Shown here piece after piece: positions 39,584-57,307 of a DNA stretch of 64,000 nt. The notes beneath the pieces are model-generated. The model saw nothing but the letters and a program-made list of their open reading frames with translations, was not told where the DNA came from and ran no database searches. Position 1 is the first letter of the stretch. Each line of letters starts with the position of its first letter. The translations under genes were made by a program, and so were the position numbers. Source of the DNA: the human T2T-CHM13v2.0 reference genome, Homo sapiens; assembly GCF_009914755.1 (NCBI RefSeq), contig NC_060925.1; one strand, written 5' to 3'.

Positions 39584-39801
39584 GTCCCACAGTCTCACTC
39601 TCCCCAGGATCCCACCTTATGCCGCCAACAAACTAACCTCATTACTAGCGACACCAGGAAACTTATCAGAGATTCAGGGATCTAGAGAGCCAGTCCCACA
39701 GTCTCACTCTCCTCAGGATCCCACCTTATGCCGCCAACAAACTAACCTCATTACTAGCGACACCAGGAAACTTATCAGAGATTCGGGGATCTAGAGAGCC
39801 A
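39584..39801. repeat. 109-bp x2 tandem duplication in intron 1
   Basis: Copies 39584-39692 and 39693-39801 differ at 2 positions. Confidence 0.95.
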
Positions 39802-39952
39802 GGCTCTGGGCAGGCGCTTAAACATTTATAAACTGATTCCCTTTAGGCAACTCTCACCAAGCAAGAAGCATTTAGCGAAGGCCAGAGCAGAGCACTGACC
39901 CAGGAGCCCTGGAGGAGCAAATGCCAAGGTCCCAGACCTGTCTGCCTGTTTC

Positions 39953-40240
39953 GCCTGTAATCCCAGCACTTTGGAAGGCCGAGACGGGCGGATCTCCTGA
40001 GGTCGGGAGTTCGAGACCAGCCTGACCAATATGGAGAAATCCACATCTCTACTAATAATACAAAAATTAGCCAGGCGTGGTGGCGCATATCTGTTCCCAG
40101 CTACTCGGGAGGCTGAGGCACGAGAATCGCTTGAACCCGGGAGACAAAGACTGTGCTAAGCCGAGATCGCGCCATTGCACTCCGGCCTGGACAACAAGAG
40201 CGAAACCCCTCTCGAAAAAATAAATAAATAAATAAAATAA
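39953..40240 (+). mobile_element. 5'-clipped, CpG-rich Alu abutting the CpG island
   Basis: CGCCTGTAATCCCAGCAC start and (TAAA)n tail. Confidence 0.92.
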
Positions 40241-40291
40241 GTACGGGCAGGGCAGGCCGGCTTCCATCTCTCAGATCCTCCCTGGTACTTA

Positions 40292-40771
<480 letters not shown>

Positions 40772-40975
40772 TCACGCAGTGTATGTAAGGTGCCGAGCAC
40801 GTGTGGGTGTCAAAAAGGGGTAGGTAGCCAGGCAGCCGTTTCCCTACGTTGCTCGGTAAAATCTCCCCAGAAACCCCTTTCCTGCAAGCCAGATTGGAGA
40901 AAAATTAACTTGAGGGGAGCCTTACTTCCATCATTCACAAAAATAGTATATGGTTGGATTAAAGATATAAGCATG

Positions 40976-42795
<1,820 letters not shown>

Positions 42796-44117
42796 TGTAG
42801 TACAGTCATAGTGGAATATTGTGCACCCATAAAAAGAATGAGATGAATCTAAATATACCTATATATTCCATGGCCCAAGATACATTAAGTGAAAGTAAAA
42901 ATGCTTTTTTATATGTAGCCTGATGCCATTTTGTTTAACTATGAATATTTGAATATGAATGGAATACCTGTAAATACCTGTTTACAGGTATTCTAGTGTC
43001 AAATTATTTGCAGTTATTACCCTGGTGAGTGTAATTTGAAGGGAGAACTTTCACTTTTTATTTTATACACATGGGTATTGTTTGAATGTTTTACAGTGCT
43101 CATGTACTATTTGTATTTTTTCTAATAGAAAAAAAAACAGCCATCCCTTTATATCTTGAAGCAATTCTGAAAAAAAGGTGAAATATTTCTTGATTGGGTT
43201 TCTGACATCCACAACTGAGTCTTCATACTAGCTTATTGAGAAATGGGAAACGAGTTGCAGTTGTATCTCCAAACACAACTATGCAATTCGTTTGTCTCTG
43301 CAGAAATTGTAATACTTTATTCTGAATGTTTCTTCCAGCTCCCTGCACATAAAGGAACACAGAGCCTGAGGAGTTTGAGGCAGCCTATCAATCATGGGAT
43401 GGATGCCAGGGGCAAGTGAGGTCATTAAGTCAACCATCCACTATGAACACAGCTGCATCCATCACTCTAGAAAGATTGTTTTCTTAAATACCACTTGGAG
43501 GGGGTAGGTCTCTCTCTCTCTCTCTCTCATCCTCATTGTGTGTGTTTGTGTGTTTTTTTAATTGCAAAAAGTACATAGTTATACTATATATACACACATA
43601 CACAAACAATATAGAAGAAACAAAGAGTTAAATACCTTTCCTTCCGCCAAAGGTAACCACCCACTGAATGTCTGTATCCTTCCAGACTTTTCCTTTGTAC
43701 ATACCAATATTCATTCATTCACAAACGCTGCAGATTTCTGAATTGGAAGATCCACAGTATTTTTATTATTATTTTTAAGGACTATCTTTTAAGCTGATTC
43801 ATCCTTCTTTCTTTCCAGGCTTTTTTATTTTTATTTTTATTTTTTTGAGACAAAATCCTGGGTTCAAGTGATCCTCCTGCCTCAGCCTCCCAAGTAGCTG
43901 CACTACAGTCACATGACACCACACCCAGCTCTCCCTAGGACTTTTTGAAATCTGCTTTAGCTAAGTAGCACTAGAGCTGCCCTCATTTCTTGTTAGTATA
44001 GAAGAAAGTAGGTTTTCAAGACCTAGCTTGTGCTGTGTCACTCTCCTCCAACTAAAGTCTTAGAATAACTGAGTCGTAGAATTAGAAGTCTGTGGAGGTT
44101 CACAGAAGTAGCATAAT

Positions 44118-44342
44118 GTAGCCAAAATATTTACAGATAGTAAATATTTTTGGCTTTGCAGGTCATACTTTCTCTGTAACAACTACTAACAACTAACAAC
44201 TGCCATTACAGTGAGAAAGCAGCCATAGACAATACATAAACAAGAGAGCATGGCTGTGTTCCAATAAAACTTTGCTTAAAAAACAGGTAGGGGAAGGGGG
44301 AAGGTGGGCTTGGCTCATGGACTATAGTCTGCCTCCCTGATA
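44118..44342. mobile_element. MER58A-like hAT relic
   Basis: GTAAATATTTTTGGCTTTGCAGG...GGCTGTGTTCCAATAAAACTTT...ACTATAGTCTGCC. Confidence 0.7.
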
Positions 44343-45529
44343 TAGTGGAAGGCCTGTAAGTCAACACCCAAGTGTGGTCCCAGCTTTACCTTTTTCAGCC
44401 TTGTTGCAAAATTCGTTTAGCCTTCCCGAGCCTCAATTTTCTTATTTATAAAAGAGGCATTCAGAAGAGAGGTTTGCTTTGTGTTTCCCTTGAGATGGGA
44501 CAAAGACGCAGGTCTGTTTGGTTCCATGAGTATAAGGAACCATATTCTGCGAGAGTTTGGCAGAACCGTGATGAAGAATGACTGCAGTATTGGGGAACAT
44601 GGCCATAATGTGGAAGCTACCAACCTTGCCAAGACTCCCAAGCCCAAGCTTGAGATAAAAGCATCAGTGTAGCTCACCCTCAAAAGACCCTGTGAGCTTA
44701 GACAATAGGATTGGGACAAGTGTAGACTGGAGATCAGAGGCACATCCCTAAACATTCAGGACAGTTACTGTACTGCATACTGTTGATGCCCTGCCCATAC
44801 TCCCTTTACCTACCTGGGCACCCATTTCCCAGCTGTTATAAATGTTGGTTGATAACAACTCACAACTACCCTTTTCTTCAGAGAATTTTCCTCAGCCAAA
44901 TAGGAGTCCGCCTTGCATAGGAGGCTGTTTGCCAGTACCCACTCCTTGCCAGTGATTGACTGATTGACTGGCACAGGAATAAAAAATCAGTTCCCTGAAT
45001 TTAAGTGGGATACAGTTTGTCCTCCCGAGTCTCCCTGTGGAATCAGTCTAAAGCTGGTCTCCAGCCAAGACCAAGTTCGTGCTTAGCTTTTTCCCCCTAC
45101 CCTATCTTGCTTCCTAACTCTGCTTCTCCTGAGAATACTTCCCCAATTAATGACTTGAACTAGCATCCTCATTTTGGTTCACTTCTAGGGAACTCAAACT
45201 AAAAAACATTTGGCACCAGAAGTCATCCTAGAAAGCAGTCTCCAAGGGATTCTGGAGTGAGCTCACTCACCACCTAGAGGATGATGAGGACACCAACGCT
45301 GGCAGTAGAAAGAATATTGATAGTTCCCGACCTCCTGTAACAGTGCTACAGCAGGTGAAAGCTCAGTCTTTCACCTGTGTTTAACTGGGATGGGTTATGG
45401 TGAAAAGGGATGTAGTAGCTGGAAAACTCTTGGACACTTGAGAAATATGAGAAAAATAGTAATTGTCTGGACCAAAGAATTGGGTGGCTATTGCTAAGTG
45501 CCATTGATTCATTAAAGAAAGAAAGTGAA

Positions 45530-46349
45530 GGCTGGGCACAGTGGCTCACAACTGTAATACCACCACTTGGGGAGGCCAAGGCAGAAGGATTGCTTGAGGC
45601 CAGGAGTTCAAGACCAGCCTGGAACATAGCAAGATCACACCTCTAAAAAAAAAAAAATTAACCTGGTGTGGTGTATGCCTAGCTACTACTACTTGAAGGG
45701 AGGCTGAGGCAGGAGGTTTGAGGTTACAGTGAGCTAGGATTGTGCTACTGTACTCTAACCTTGGCGACAGAGCAAGACTCTGTTTAGAATGAAGGGGGAG
45801 CAGGGAAAGAGGGAGGGGGAGAGAGAGAAAGAGAGAGAGAGAGATTTGTATGTCTTTAAGAGAATTGTTTAAAGCAAAAATAACATATTGTAGGCTGGGC
45901 GTGGTAGCTCACGCTTGTAATCCCAGCACTTTGGGAGGCTGAGGCGGGCAGATCACGAGGTCAGAAGATCGAGACCATCCTGGCTAATACGGTAAAACTC
46001 CGTCTCTACCATAAACACAAAAAGAAATTAGCCAGGCGAGGCCAGGCACCGTGGCTCACGCCTGTAATCCCAGCACTTTGGGAGGCCGAGGTGGGTGGAT
46101 CACAAGGTCAGGAGATCAAGACCATCCTGGCTAACATGGTGAAACCCCGTCTCTACTAAAAATACAAAAAATTAGCAGGTCGTGGTGGCGGGCGCCTGTA
46201 GTCCCAGCTACTGGGGAGGCTGAGGCAGGAGAATGGCGTGAACCCGGGAGGCAGAGCTTGCAGTGAGCCGAAGATTGCGCCACTGCACTCCAGCCTGGGC
46301 GACAGAGCGAGACTCTGTCTCAAAACAAAACAAAACAAAACAAAACAAA
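45530..46349 (+). mobile_element. AluJ (45530-45790) and an AluY left arm fused to a full AluY (45893-46349)
   Basis: Alu blocks. GAGATCGAGACCATCCTGGCTAA-type diagnostics in both left arms. Confidence 0.88.
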
Positions 46350-47580
<1,231 letters not shown>

Positions 47581-47684
47581 ACTATACTAGGGAATTAATA
47601 GAAATTGATGCCACCTTCAAATATGTGAAGGATTCAGTGGTGGTTGTCCCATCATAACTCAATTTAACTGACCAATCTGCCTCA

Positions 47685-48026
<342 letters not shown>

Positions 48027-48244
48027 AGCCCCCCATTACATCTGCCGTGTTGGGTTTGGTATTACTAGAGAAGAATAATACAATCTTGGGTACATGGTTT
48101 GCAGCTATTGATCTGATAATGCATTATTTCTGAGTCATTCGAGAAGGAGAATCAGAAGTAGTTTGCATTCACATGGAATAAACAGTATACATTTATGGTA
48201 TTTCCTCTAGGCTATATTAATTCTCTTACAGTATAGTAGTCCAT

Positions 48245-49540
48245 GCTCTTGTAGAATTCAATTCCTTGACCGAAAGCCAAATCAACTCAAATGACTGAAA
48301 TGTGTCCCTCTCTAGGCATGTCAGATTGCTAAAAATCAGAGAGTAAATATATGAACTGGGAGCTGATATGTTTAATGTCTTGATGCTACCCAAAGAAATT
48401 ACTGTTGGTAAAGGTAGAGACCTAGAGTAAAGGAGATACTAGAAGCAAAAGGAAATGCTTTAGCAGATCCTCAGCTAACAGGCTGCTATATCTAAATTCC
48501 TTAAGCAAGAATCTCTTATAGAATAGAAAAACAAATTCACAAAGAGGCTCAGAGATTACATCATAGAGGCACAAAATCTAGTCTCTGATTTCATATTGTA
48601 CCTAGATTAACAGCCCAGGTAAAAGGGAACAATTTACATATAAGCTAAAAGAAAACACAGCCTAGCTATCTAAGGTAGACTCAAGGAGTTGTTTAAACAT
48701 GTTTTCTTAGGCCTGAAAAATCTTGCGCCATGTGTCCAGAGTGCCTTTCAGATTCTTCTTATATTTCCAGTCATTTTCTCACAGTTGCTTGATGTCCGTT
48801 TTCTAGAGTCATCTGCATCTACACAGTTGCTGCCCTGATAGATGATTCAGTATATGACTCAAAGACAAAAACAGGATAAAAACATGTTGATTGACACTTG
48901 AACTAAAAATTAGCCCTTTCCAAATGAACCTTCATCTTCAAAGAAAATCAACAATAATGGTAAATACCTAGATAATTTTTATTGGTCTCTCCGAAAGCCT
49001 GGGCTGAATGAAGACCAAAAGGGAAAATCGTGAAGTTAAACATTCCCACACTCTTATGAAAAGACTGACTGTTTTCTGAGGCCATGGTATCAAGTCAGAG
49101 TCTGTTTTAAAACCATCTAATCAATAAATGAGAATTCTGTGCCCTTAGTAACAAGTAATTACCAGAACTGGTTTTAAAACCTTTTAATCAATCAACAACA
49201 CACATCAGTGACCATACTTTTTTTGCAAGCAAACCACTCAGTGACAACTCCTTGTTTCTAAAAGCCAGTCAGGATTTAACTCATTCCAGTAAACATACTT
49301 CTGAATGTCAACCAATGAACTGTCTCACCTGAGTAACCACACTTCTAAAGATTATATCAACCCACTCATGCCTCTGAAAATCCACTAGTCCTTGAATTCC
49401 ATGCTTTCCCCAAACTCTAAGATTAGCAATCTGCTCTTCTTAGAGGAAACTGTGCCTGACCAGCATATACTTATGTGAGCAATAAATTAGGCTTTGTATT
49501 TTTTGTTTTGGATATTGAGTGGTAGTCTCATCTATTGACA
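48245..49540 (+). mobile_element. Second ERV fragment (RNase H relic plus probable LTR) nested in the ERVL
   Basis: LMLPKEITV and EAKGNALAD (48442-48468) are RNase H-like. The segment at about 49078-49540 runs TG...AATAAA...TTGACA. ERVL pol resumes right after it. Confidence 0.5.
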
Positions 49541-51949
49541 TGTGGAAGACTGCCAGCTTTGAGTGTGCCCAGAGCAAGAAAGGGCTGTGCAGCAGCAGCA
49601 GACTGCAATATAAATAGCCCTGCCGCTTGGGCCATTTGACTCAGCTGATCACATGTTACTAGAAGTATCTTTGGTAGAGGAAAATGCCGAATGAAAGTTC
49701 TGTTAGTTTACAATGGAAGAATTGTACCTCAAACTTCAAAGACATATCATCCTGTAGAAACTGAGTGTCTGACCATAGCACATTAAAAGGCCGCGTAGCT
49801 TCATCTTTCCATATTGAGTTGGATTCTGACAAACCCACCAAGTTATAAATGTCAAGTGGGCCCAGCTGTAATCCATCATAAAATGGAAGTGATATATCTT
49901 GGATCAAGCTCAAGCAAATCCAGAGGGCAGAGGTAAAAGTGCATGAGCAATTTGGCAGGGGTAATTAACCCTAATCATCATGAGGAGATAGGACTGCTGC
50001 TGCATAATGAGGGCAGAAGGGAATCTGTCTGGCACTCAGGTGATCCGCTGGAACATCTCTTGGTATTCTCATGCCCAGTTGAACTATAAATGGGCAGTTT
50101 TAGCAACCATGGCCTGATAAGGATCTGGTGACCAGGACAACATGAGAATGAGAGTGTGGGTCAACTCATAAGGAAAGCCTAAATGGCAGAAGAGGGAGAT
50201 GATGACTATCAGTTACAGCTCAGGACTAAATGCAACAGCCTGGGCTATATTTCATTCCATAAACCCTCCTCTTGTAAGTTTTCTTAGAAATTGTGACCAA
50301 CCAGGATGCAGGAGAAGCTATGCCTAGACAAAATGAATTTAATGTGAGAAGCCAGTGAAGCTGCTAGGTGCAAGGTGTGGACTTTAGTGGATCTATCAGT
50401 GCACCACCCTTCAGCTATGTTGATTGACAACAACTCACTGCTGCCTTCTCTTCTGGAAAATTGTCATTCACCTCACTGGGGAAGCTGACCCCACCTTGAC
50501 CAATAACTAATTGACACAGGGATAGAAAAGACAGGCTCTCTTTCCTCAGTGGGGAACTAATTCTATGGCCAACTTGTGCTCCAGATATTTCTTATAGAAT
50601 CAGCTGAGATCACATTCTTGCCAACCTTTTACTCCCTGTCCCATCCGGCATCTCCCACACCCTTCCTCCAGAAATTACTCCCCTAGTAAATCACTTGAAC
50701 AAGAATCTCTGTCTCAAACTCTGCTTCTAGGGAACCCAATCCAAGCCAGTGTTCTTTGTTCAGAATTGTTGTATAATCAATCCTAGGGAGAGGGACAGCC
50801 CTCAAAAATACCTCTGAAATTTAATTTCCTGTTAACCAGCACAAGTGAGGGCTTAAATGATATTTATACAACATAGAAAAATGTACCACTTCTTACACAT
50901 GAGTGTTGTGTAAAGTTCACACCCATTACTAAGGTATATTTTCTTGTCATATGGTTTATACCCCATCCCTTCCAGTAAATACATTTATTTTCAACAAGGT
51001 GCATCTTTCCATTGCTAGGTGTAAGCCAGCACTTTTAAAGCAGTCCACAGCTTGATAGGAAGCAGTCTTATGCTAGCAAGACATCATTTGCCAGAATTAT
51101 GGTTAATTAAATGACCATTCCCTTCCTCCTCAAGCTTCCATTTCTCCTGCTTCATTTCTTCAGCCAGTGATAGCCAGGTCACTTGACATCTTCTGACTGG
51201 ACCCTCGGTGACTTTAGCTTTACTCTTTGGTCCTATCTTTGCTTCAGAAGCTGGTCTTGATGTTGAACCACTGATATTCATTAGTTGTGCTTGGCTTCAC
51301 TTCTCAATGCTGCCCTTGCCTCCTCTTTTGCATCTGACATACACTAGCTGCCCCTCTGGAACAGGCCCCATCTCTCAAGGTTTTGGCCTTATTAGGCCCA
51401 TTTTGCATAAAACACTGTCTTGCGTGCTAAAGTGAGGTGCCCCATTCTGCAAAGTCTTCGTGGTACTTCTGAGGTTGTTTGTACACCCCGATTGGGTAAT
51501 ATGATAAGTTATTTTTTTATTAATCATATTCTTGGATGATTAGACAACTAAAGTCATATGCGGAATTTTAAAATCCTCTTTATAGGCATTTTTCTGCATG
51601 AATTACCAGCCTCCTCCTTTCCTACAAAGCACCTTTATCACATCTTTGTCCTTCATGGTATCTACTTTTACTTTAGTCTGGACAGTCATCTTTCCTCATC
51701 ACATTGCTTTTTAGAAACTTCTGCATCGACTCAGAAGTCTTTCTTCCAAACACATATATCTTGATGGTCCATAGAATGGTCTGTGCTCACCAGTGATGCT
51801 TGTCATGTTCCAGAAAACTCAGTTCCTCCAACTTGGATAAATAATGCAACATGGTAGTTAAAAGCTTGTATTTGGAAATAAAAGAAGCCTGAATTTGAGT
51901 CCTGACTCTACCACTTACTAGCTGGGAAACCTTCACCAAAATGATCAAC

Positions 51950-52240
51950 TTTTTTTTTGAGACAGGGTCTTGCTCTGTCGCCCAGGCTGGAGTGTAGTGG
52001 CGCAATTAGGGCTCACTACAGGTCCGAGCTCCTGGGCCCAAGGGATCCTCCCACCTCAGTCTCCCAAGTAGCTGGAACCACAGGTGTGCGCCACTACACA
52101 TGGCTAATTTTTGTATTCTTTGTAGAGACAGGGTCTCACTATGTTGCTCCGGCTGGTCTGGAACTCCTGGGCTCAAGCCATCCTCCTGCCTCAGCCTCCC
52201 AAAGTGCTGGGATTACAGGCGTGAGCCACCAAACCTGGCC
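51950..52240 (-). mobile_element. AluJ inserted in a MIR (about 51845-52400)
   Basis: Reverse Alu. Flanks carry MIR core (CCACTTACTAGCTG; CTCAGTTTC...GTAAAATGGGA). Confidence 0.88.
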
Positions 52241-52788
52241 AGTCAACATTTTTGAGTCTCAGTTTCATTTGATGTAAAATGGGAGATGATCATGTTAGTT
52301 CTTACCTTACAGAGTGGTTGTAAGGATGAAATGAGATAAACCAAAGTGCTAAGCCTAGTTCCTGTAGGTATACAGTTGGTATTCAATAAATGTTATTAGT
52401 AGTATTATTCACCACCTTCAAAGATGTTCAAGCCCCAGAGCCATCCAATAGTTATTCAAAGGGCCAAGCAATGCCAGGTAAGAACTGTCTATGAGAGCCA
52501 TCTATCAGTATGGGAGGTCCCAGGTCTGTATCAGAAGGAAGTCCATCACTGAAGAAACTGGGCCAGAGGGAGGTCAAGCCAGATGGAAGAGTAGCAAACC
52601 AACATCTGGAAAGGGGAAGGCAGCCCATCAAAGCCTCAACTGGAAAGGCAGGGCAAAGGAGATGGCCAGGGATGGGTGAGGGTGTTTTAGGGGCAGCTGG
52701 AGAAAGAGTAAAGTACCAATGAGTAAATTGTGCAGATTTGGAATAAGTACCCTGAAAGGCAATATCCTTTGTAGCCCAGAGTACCTCA

Positions 52789-53150
<362 letters not shown>

Positions 53151-55346
53151 CCTTCTTTAATTTCAAATTCTCTCTCCTGCTTCCTCAGTACTGACCCAGG
53201 AAAAAGAAGTTTGGAATTAAGTTTGAAAGCTTTGGAATGGAGCCAATTTTAAGATAGAAGTTAAACTGAAAATCAGGGGCCTAGAGATTGGATAAACTTT
53301 GTGGCTAGGTCTTGCACTGCATGCTAGGCTTTAGCTTCTCCAAGTGAAAGTAAGACCTCTCCCTAGAATATCTCATCTTTGTCTCCCCTCATCCCAGAAG
53401 TGTGTGGTTGGTCTAAAACGCAAGCATCAGGGCTGCCTGATGTCTTCAGCAGCAGGCTCCAGTATCCCAGCGGCTTTCAGACAAATGGCACCTTCCTACT
53501 CCTTGCATTATCCCCAGGGGTCAGGGCAGTCACATCTGCTGATGACTAAAAACACAACACTTGTAGGCCTCACAGGAGCTGATGCAGACCCAGTAGAACT
53601 GAAGTGGTCCATGATCAGAGACTGGTTGTACGGTCTGAAACTGACTGCACCAAGCGCCTCACTGGCAAACAACTGTTATTTGCCATCTATAATTGTTTCA
53701 ACCATTTGCCCAGAGGCAGGGAAACAGATCTGACTTTTAGAGAATTCCAGTCACATAGGAAACCTATAATCATTCAATATAGTAATTCTGGAATCCTTCA
53801 GGAAAAGTCATAGAGAACATAAGAGGATTCTGCACAAACATCAGAAGTATCATTTGTGCCATCTGACTTCTGGTACCCAAAGAGATTATATAGAATGAGA
53901 AAGCCTAAGATGCCTCCTCCCAGGGTATGGGACTATGAAGGCATTCAGGACCATGTTAACTCCTGCCTTACCTGTTCCCCTCCATTCTCACCTCAAACCC
54001 AACTTCCATGGAGCCCACCCCAAACTACCCCACCATGCACTCAGGCTCTCATCCAATGAAAGTTGATGAGTCCTCTTGCTCAGGGTCCTTTAATTTGGTG
54101 ACTCCTGCTCCATAGCATCCCAGTTCTCCATATCCCATGCTTAATATATCTAGGGCTTTGAACCTCAGAGACAGGAGTAAGATGCAAATGTGTCCTGGCC
54201 CCAGCCACCCACAGCTGATGTTTGGATTGCTGAGACTCAGAGCAGAAAGCTCAGCCTGAGTCTGGTCCTCCTTGCTGCTCATCTTCTAGGAGCATTTGCC
54301 TCCCTGATGCTTCTCTTGCTATGAGGAAGTGTGACAAGCCAGTTTGCTGCTGGCACCTGCCACACTGCAGCATAACACCAACACTAATGGCAGATATAAT
54401 CACAGTGACAAAGATGGCTTGGTCTACATGCAGAAGGCACTTGTCATCTCCCCAGGAGCCTCCTGGCCTAGGGCTCGACTCTGATGAGGTACCTGGCCCC
54501 TGGCTCACAGCCCACACTGTCCCAGTCACACACCAGACTCCATCTGAATGGTTGACATTATCATTACTGTCATCACAATTTTTGATAACTATTCATTTAT
54601 TCTTGTGAAGCACATTTACTGAGGACAAACCACATGGTAGGTACTGTGCAAGATTCTAAAGGAGCTACAAAGATTAATAGCTTGAAGAAATAGCCCAGAG
54701 GGAGACAGAGATCAACACATCATTCCAATATAGGATTACACAGAGTATTGCAGATGGTTAGATTCCCAGTGCCTAGAAAAAAGATATGACATAGTGAGAG
54801 CTCGGTATATATGTTTTGATGAATATTGAATGAATGAGCATCTGAATGAATAAATGAATGAATATACAAAGGGATATGGGATCTGAGAGTGGAGAAGACA
54901 GTAACTTTGCTGGAAATGAATCAAAGAAGGCTTCCAGGGGAGGTGATACTTAAGCTGAACTCTGAGAGCTGAAAAGGCAGCAAGCACAGTGTCCTCATTA
55001 AGAGCGTAGAGTCTGGATCTACACTACCTGGGTTTGAATGCCACCTTTGTGTGGTTTGGGGCATGTGTGGTTACTGAACTTCTTTGTGAATGCCTTAATT
55101 CTCCCATCTGTATAATGAGTTAACAATAGTATCTCCCTTATGGAGTGGTTGTAAAGATCATATGAGTTATGTGTTAAGTGCTTCGTACACAGTTAAAAAT
55201 TCTATACATGTCTGATAAATAAATACGACTAGTTAGGGGCTCATCAGTCTACCAGGGTAGAAAGTTAAGGGTATGAAGAGCGTTCCAAACAATGTATGGT
55301 TATTGAGGTTTCCAACAGGATGACACCCTCAGGGAATGATGAGAAG

Positions 55347-55360
55347 GCAGCAGGGGGCGG
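55347..55360 (+). promoter_or_regulatory. CTCF-like motif GCAGCAGGGGGCGG
   Basis: Close to the CTCF core CCAGCAGGGGGCGC. An AP-1 site TGAGTCA lies about 45 bp downstream. Confidence 0.35.
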
Positions 55361-56169
55361 GGGCTTGACACAGCATCCTGAGTATCAGAGTAAGTGATGT
55401 AGTGAGTCATTACTTCTTTAAACAAACTTTTTATTTTGGGATAAGTTTAAGTTTATAAAAAACTGCAAAGGAGTCCTGACAGTTCCAATATCACACCCAG
55501 TTTCCCCTAATGGTAATATCTTAAGGGGACCCATTGTTTTTAAAGCAAGAGCATGACATAGGCATGTATTTTAGAAAGTTCATTGTAGCAGTTGTGAAGA
55601 AGAAGAATTCAAAGGAGAGAGACTTGGCCCCAGCAGACCCATGAAGAGGCTGTTAGCACCATCCCAGTGAGCAATGATGCAGTCAGGAAATGGGGTGAAA
55701 AGGCAGGCGTGGATGTGAGAAAACTTCTGAATCAGAGCAGCTGCCTATGGGATGCTCTGGAACAGAAAGAACCCAGAGTACAGTCAGGAGATGCAGGCCC
55801 TGAGCAGAGCAACCCTCTGTTTGGAGGCATTTGCCAAACAGCTAGCCATGAGACCTGGCATCCCTCACCAGGAATCTCTCTGAAGACCTCAGAAATCTGG
55901 CAGGTCTGGGGAGTTCAGATGGCTGTGCAGGGCCCAGGGTAGGATGGGCACTGACCAGAGCTCCTTTCCAGTAGCTTGGGCCCAAGTTCCATGCATTGCC
56001 CTAGCGCCAGAGGTAGCTGATGGGGCTTCCTTTAGTCACTCTTAGTAACTGGCTAGATATGCTCAGCTTCCTGGCCCTCATCTGGGGAAATGGGCCTACA
56101 CGAGAACAGAGGAATTGGTTCAGATTCATCCCTGGCCTTATAGTGTTATTCATTTGTACTGAGAGGGAG

Positions 56170-56385
56170 TATGATGTGATGGTTAAGTATGGGTGATGGC
56201 ATCGAGCAGACTAGGTTCGAATCCCAGCTCTGCCACTTAACAACTGTGTAACCTTGGGCAGGTTACTTAACTTTTCTGTCCTCCAATTTTCTAATATGTA
56301 AAAAAAGATACGATAATAGTATCTGCCCCAAAAGGGTAATGTAATTATTAAATGAGTTAATTCATATGTGCAGTGCATGTATAAC
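56170..56385 (+). mobile_element. MIR
   Basis: GGTTCGAATCCCAGCTCTGCCACTTA...TGTAACCTTGGGCAGGTTACTTAAC core. Confidence 0.75.
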
Positions 56386-57307
56386 ATTTCCTAGGAGATA
56401 TCAGGTATGGTGTTATGTATGTGTTTCAATCATTTGATCAATGTGTTTAAATTAAACGTGTTTAGGGTTAGCCTAATAGAAAGCAAGCTTCAAATAAGCA
56501 GAGACTGTATTGCTCCCATTGTATGTTCAGTACAAAGTATGGTACCTGGAACATAGTAATTACTATCAAGTATTATTATTGAATACTTTTTAAAATGAAT
56601 AAATGAGTGGCCGTCTAACCCCAGGGTAGATGTAGTGTGCAGACACTAATTCAGAAGCACTTTGGAAGACCTGTTCCATGGCCAAACAGCTTCTAATTCA
56701 GTGTTTGTAACTGTCCACTTAACATGTCAATATTAATACTAGATGGCTTTTTAAAAAAGTTAAAGGAGCAGTTTCACGCTTTGGGTCTGTTCTAGCTAGA
56801 GTCTGGCTATTAGACTCTAACAGAGCAGAAATGCATGCAAGCCAGCTTTATAAAAGGTTGTTTGTAGTGGTCCAACACAGGGACAAAGAAATACAGCTGA
56901 TATGCTCTGGAACTAGAAAGTCATCATGGAGCAACTCCCCACCTTGCTCTCTCAGGGCCTCCTGAGTTCTTGCCTCTGCATTTATCTGCATGTCTGCTCC
57001 AGTCTCCTCTCGGTAAACTGGCTTCCTCTGTTTTCACATGCACTACTATGGCTGCCCCCAAATGGTTATTTCCTCTTTACCACAGTGCACATGAAGTTAG
57101 AAAGAATCTGATTGGCCCAGCTTGGGCAAATGTTTCCTACTCCTGTATAATCATTTATGACTGGGAATAGGATTGAGAAGAAAGAAGGCGCTGCCTTTTG
57201 GCAGAGAATATGTATGGGAAGAATGTGAAGAGCATCTCTAGAATGTGATCTTCTTTTCTGAAATTAAATAAAACTGATGAGTACTGTCAAAATATATGTG
57301 AACATGG

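Noticed and set aside
39584-39801. Direct repeat as a CRISPR-like or RNA-gene array
   Set aside because: Two contiguous copies with no spacers, in a human intron. It is a simple tandem duplication.
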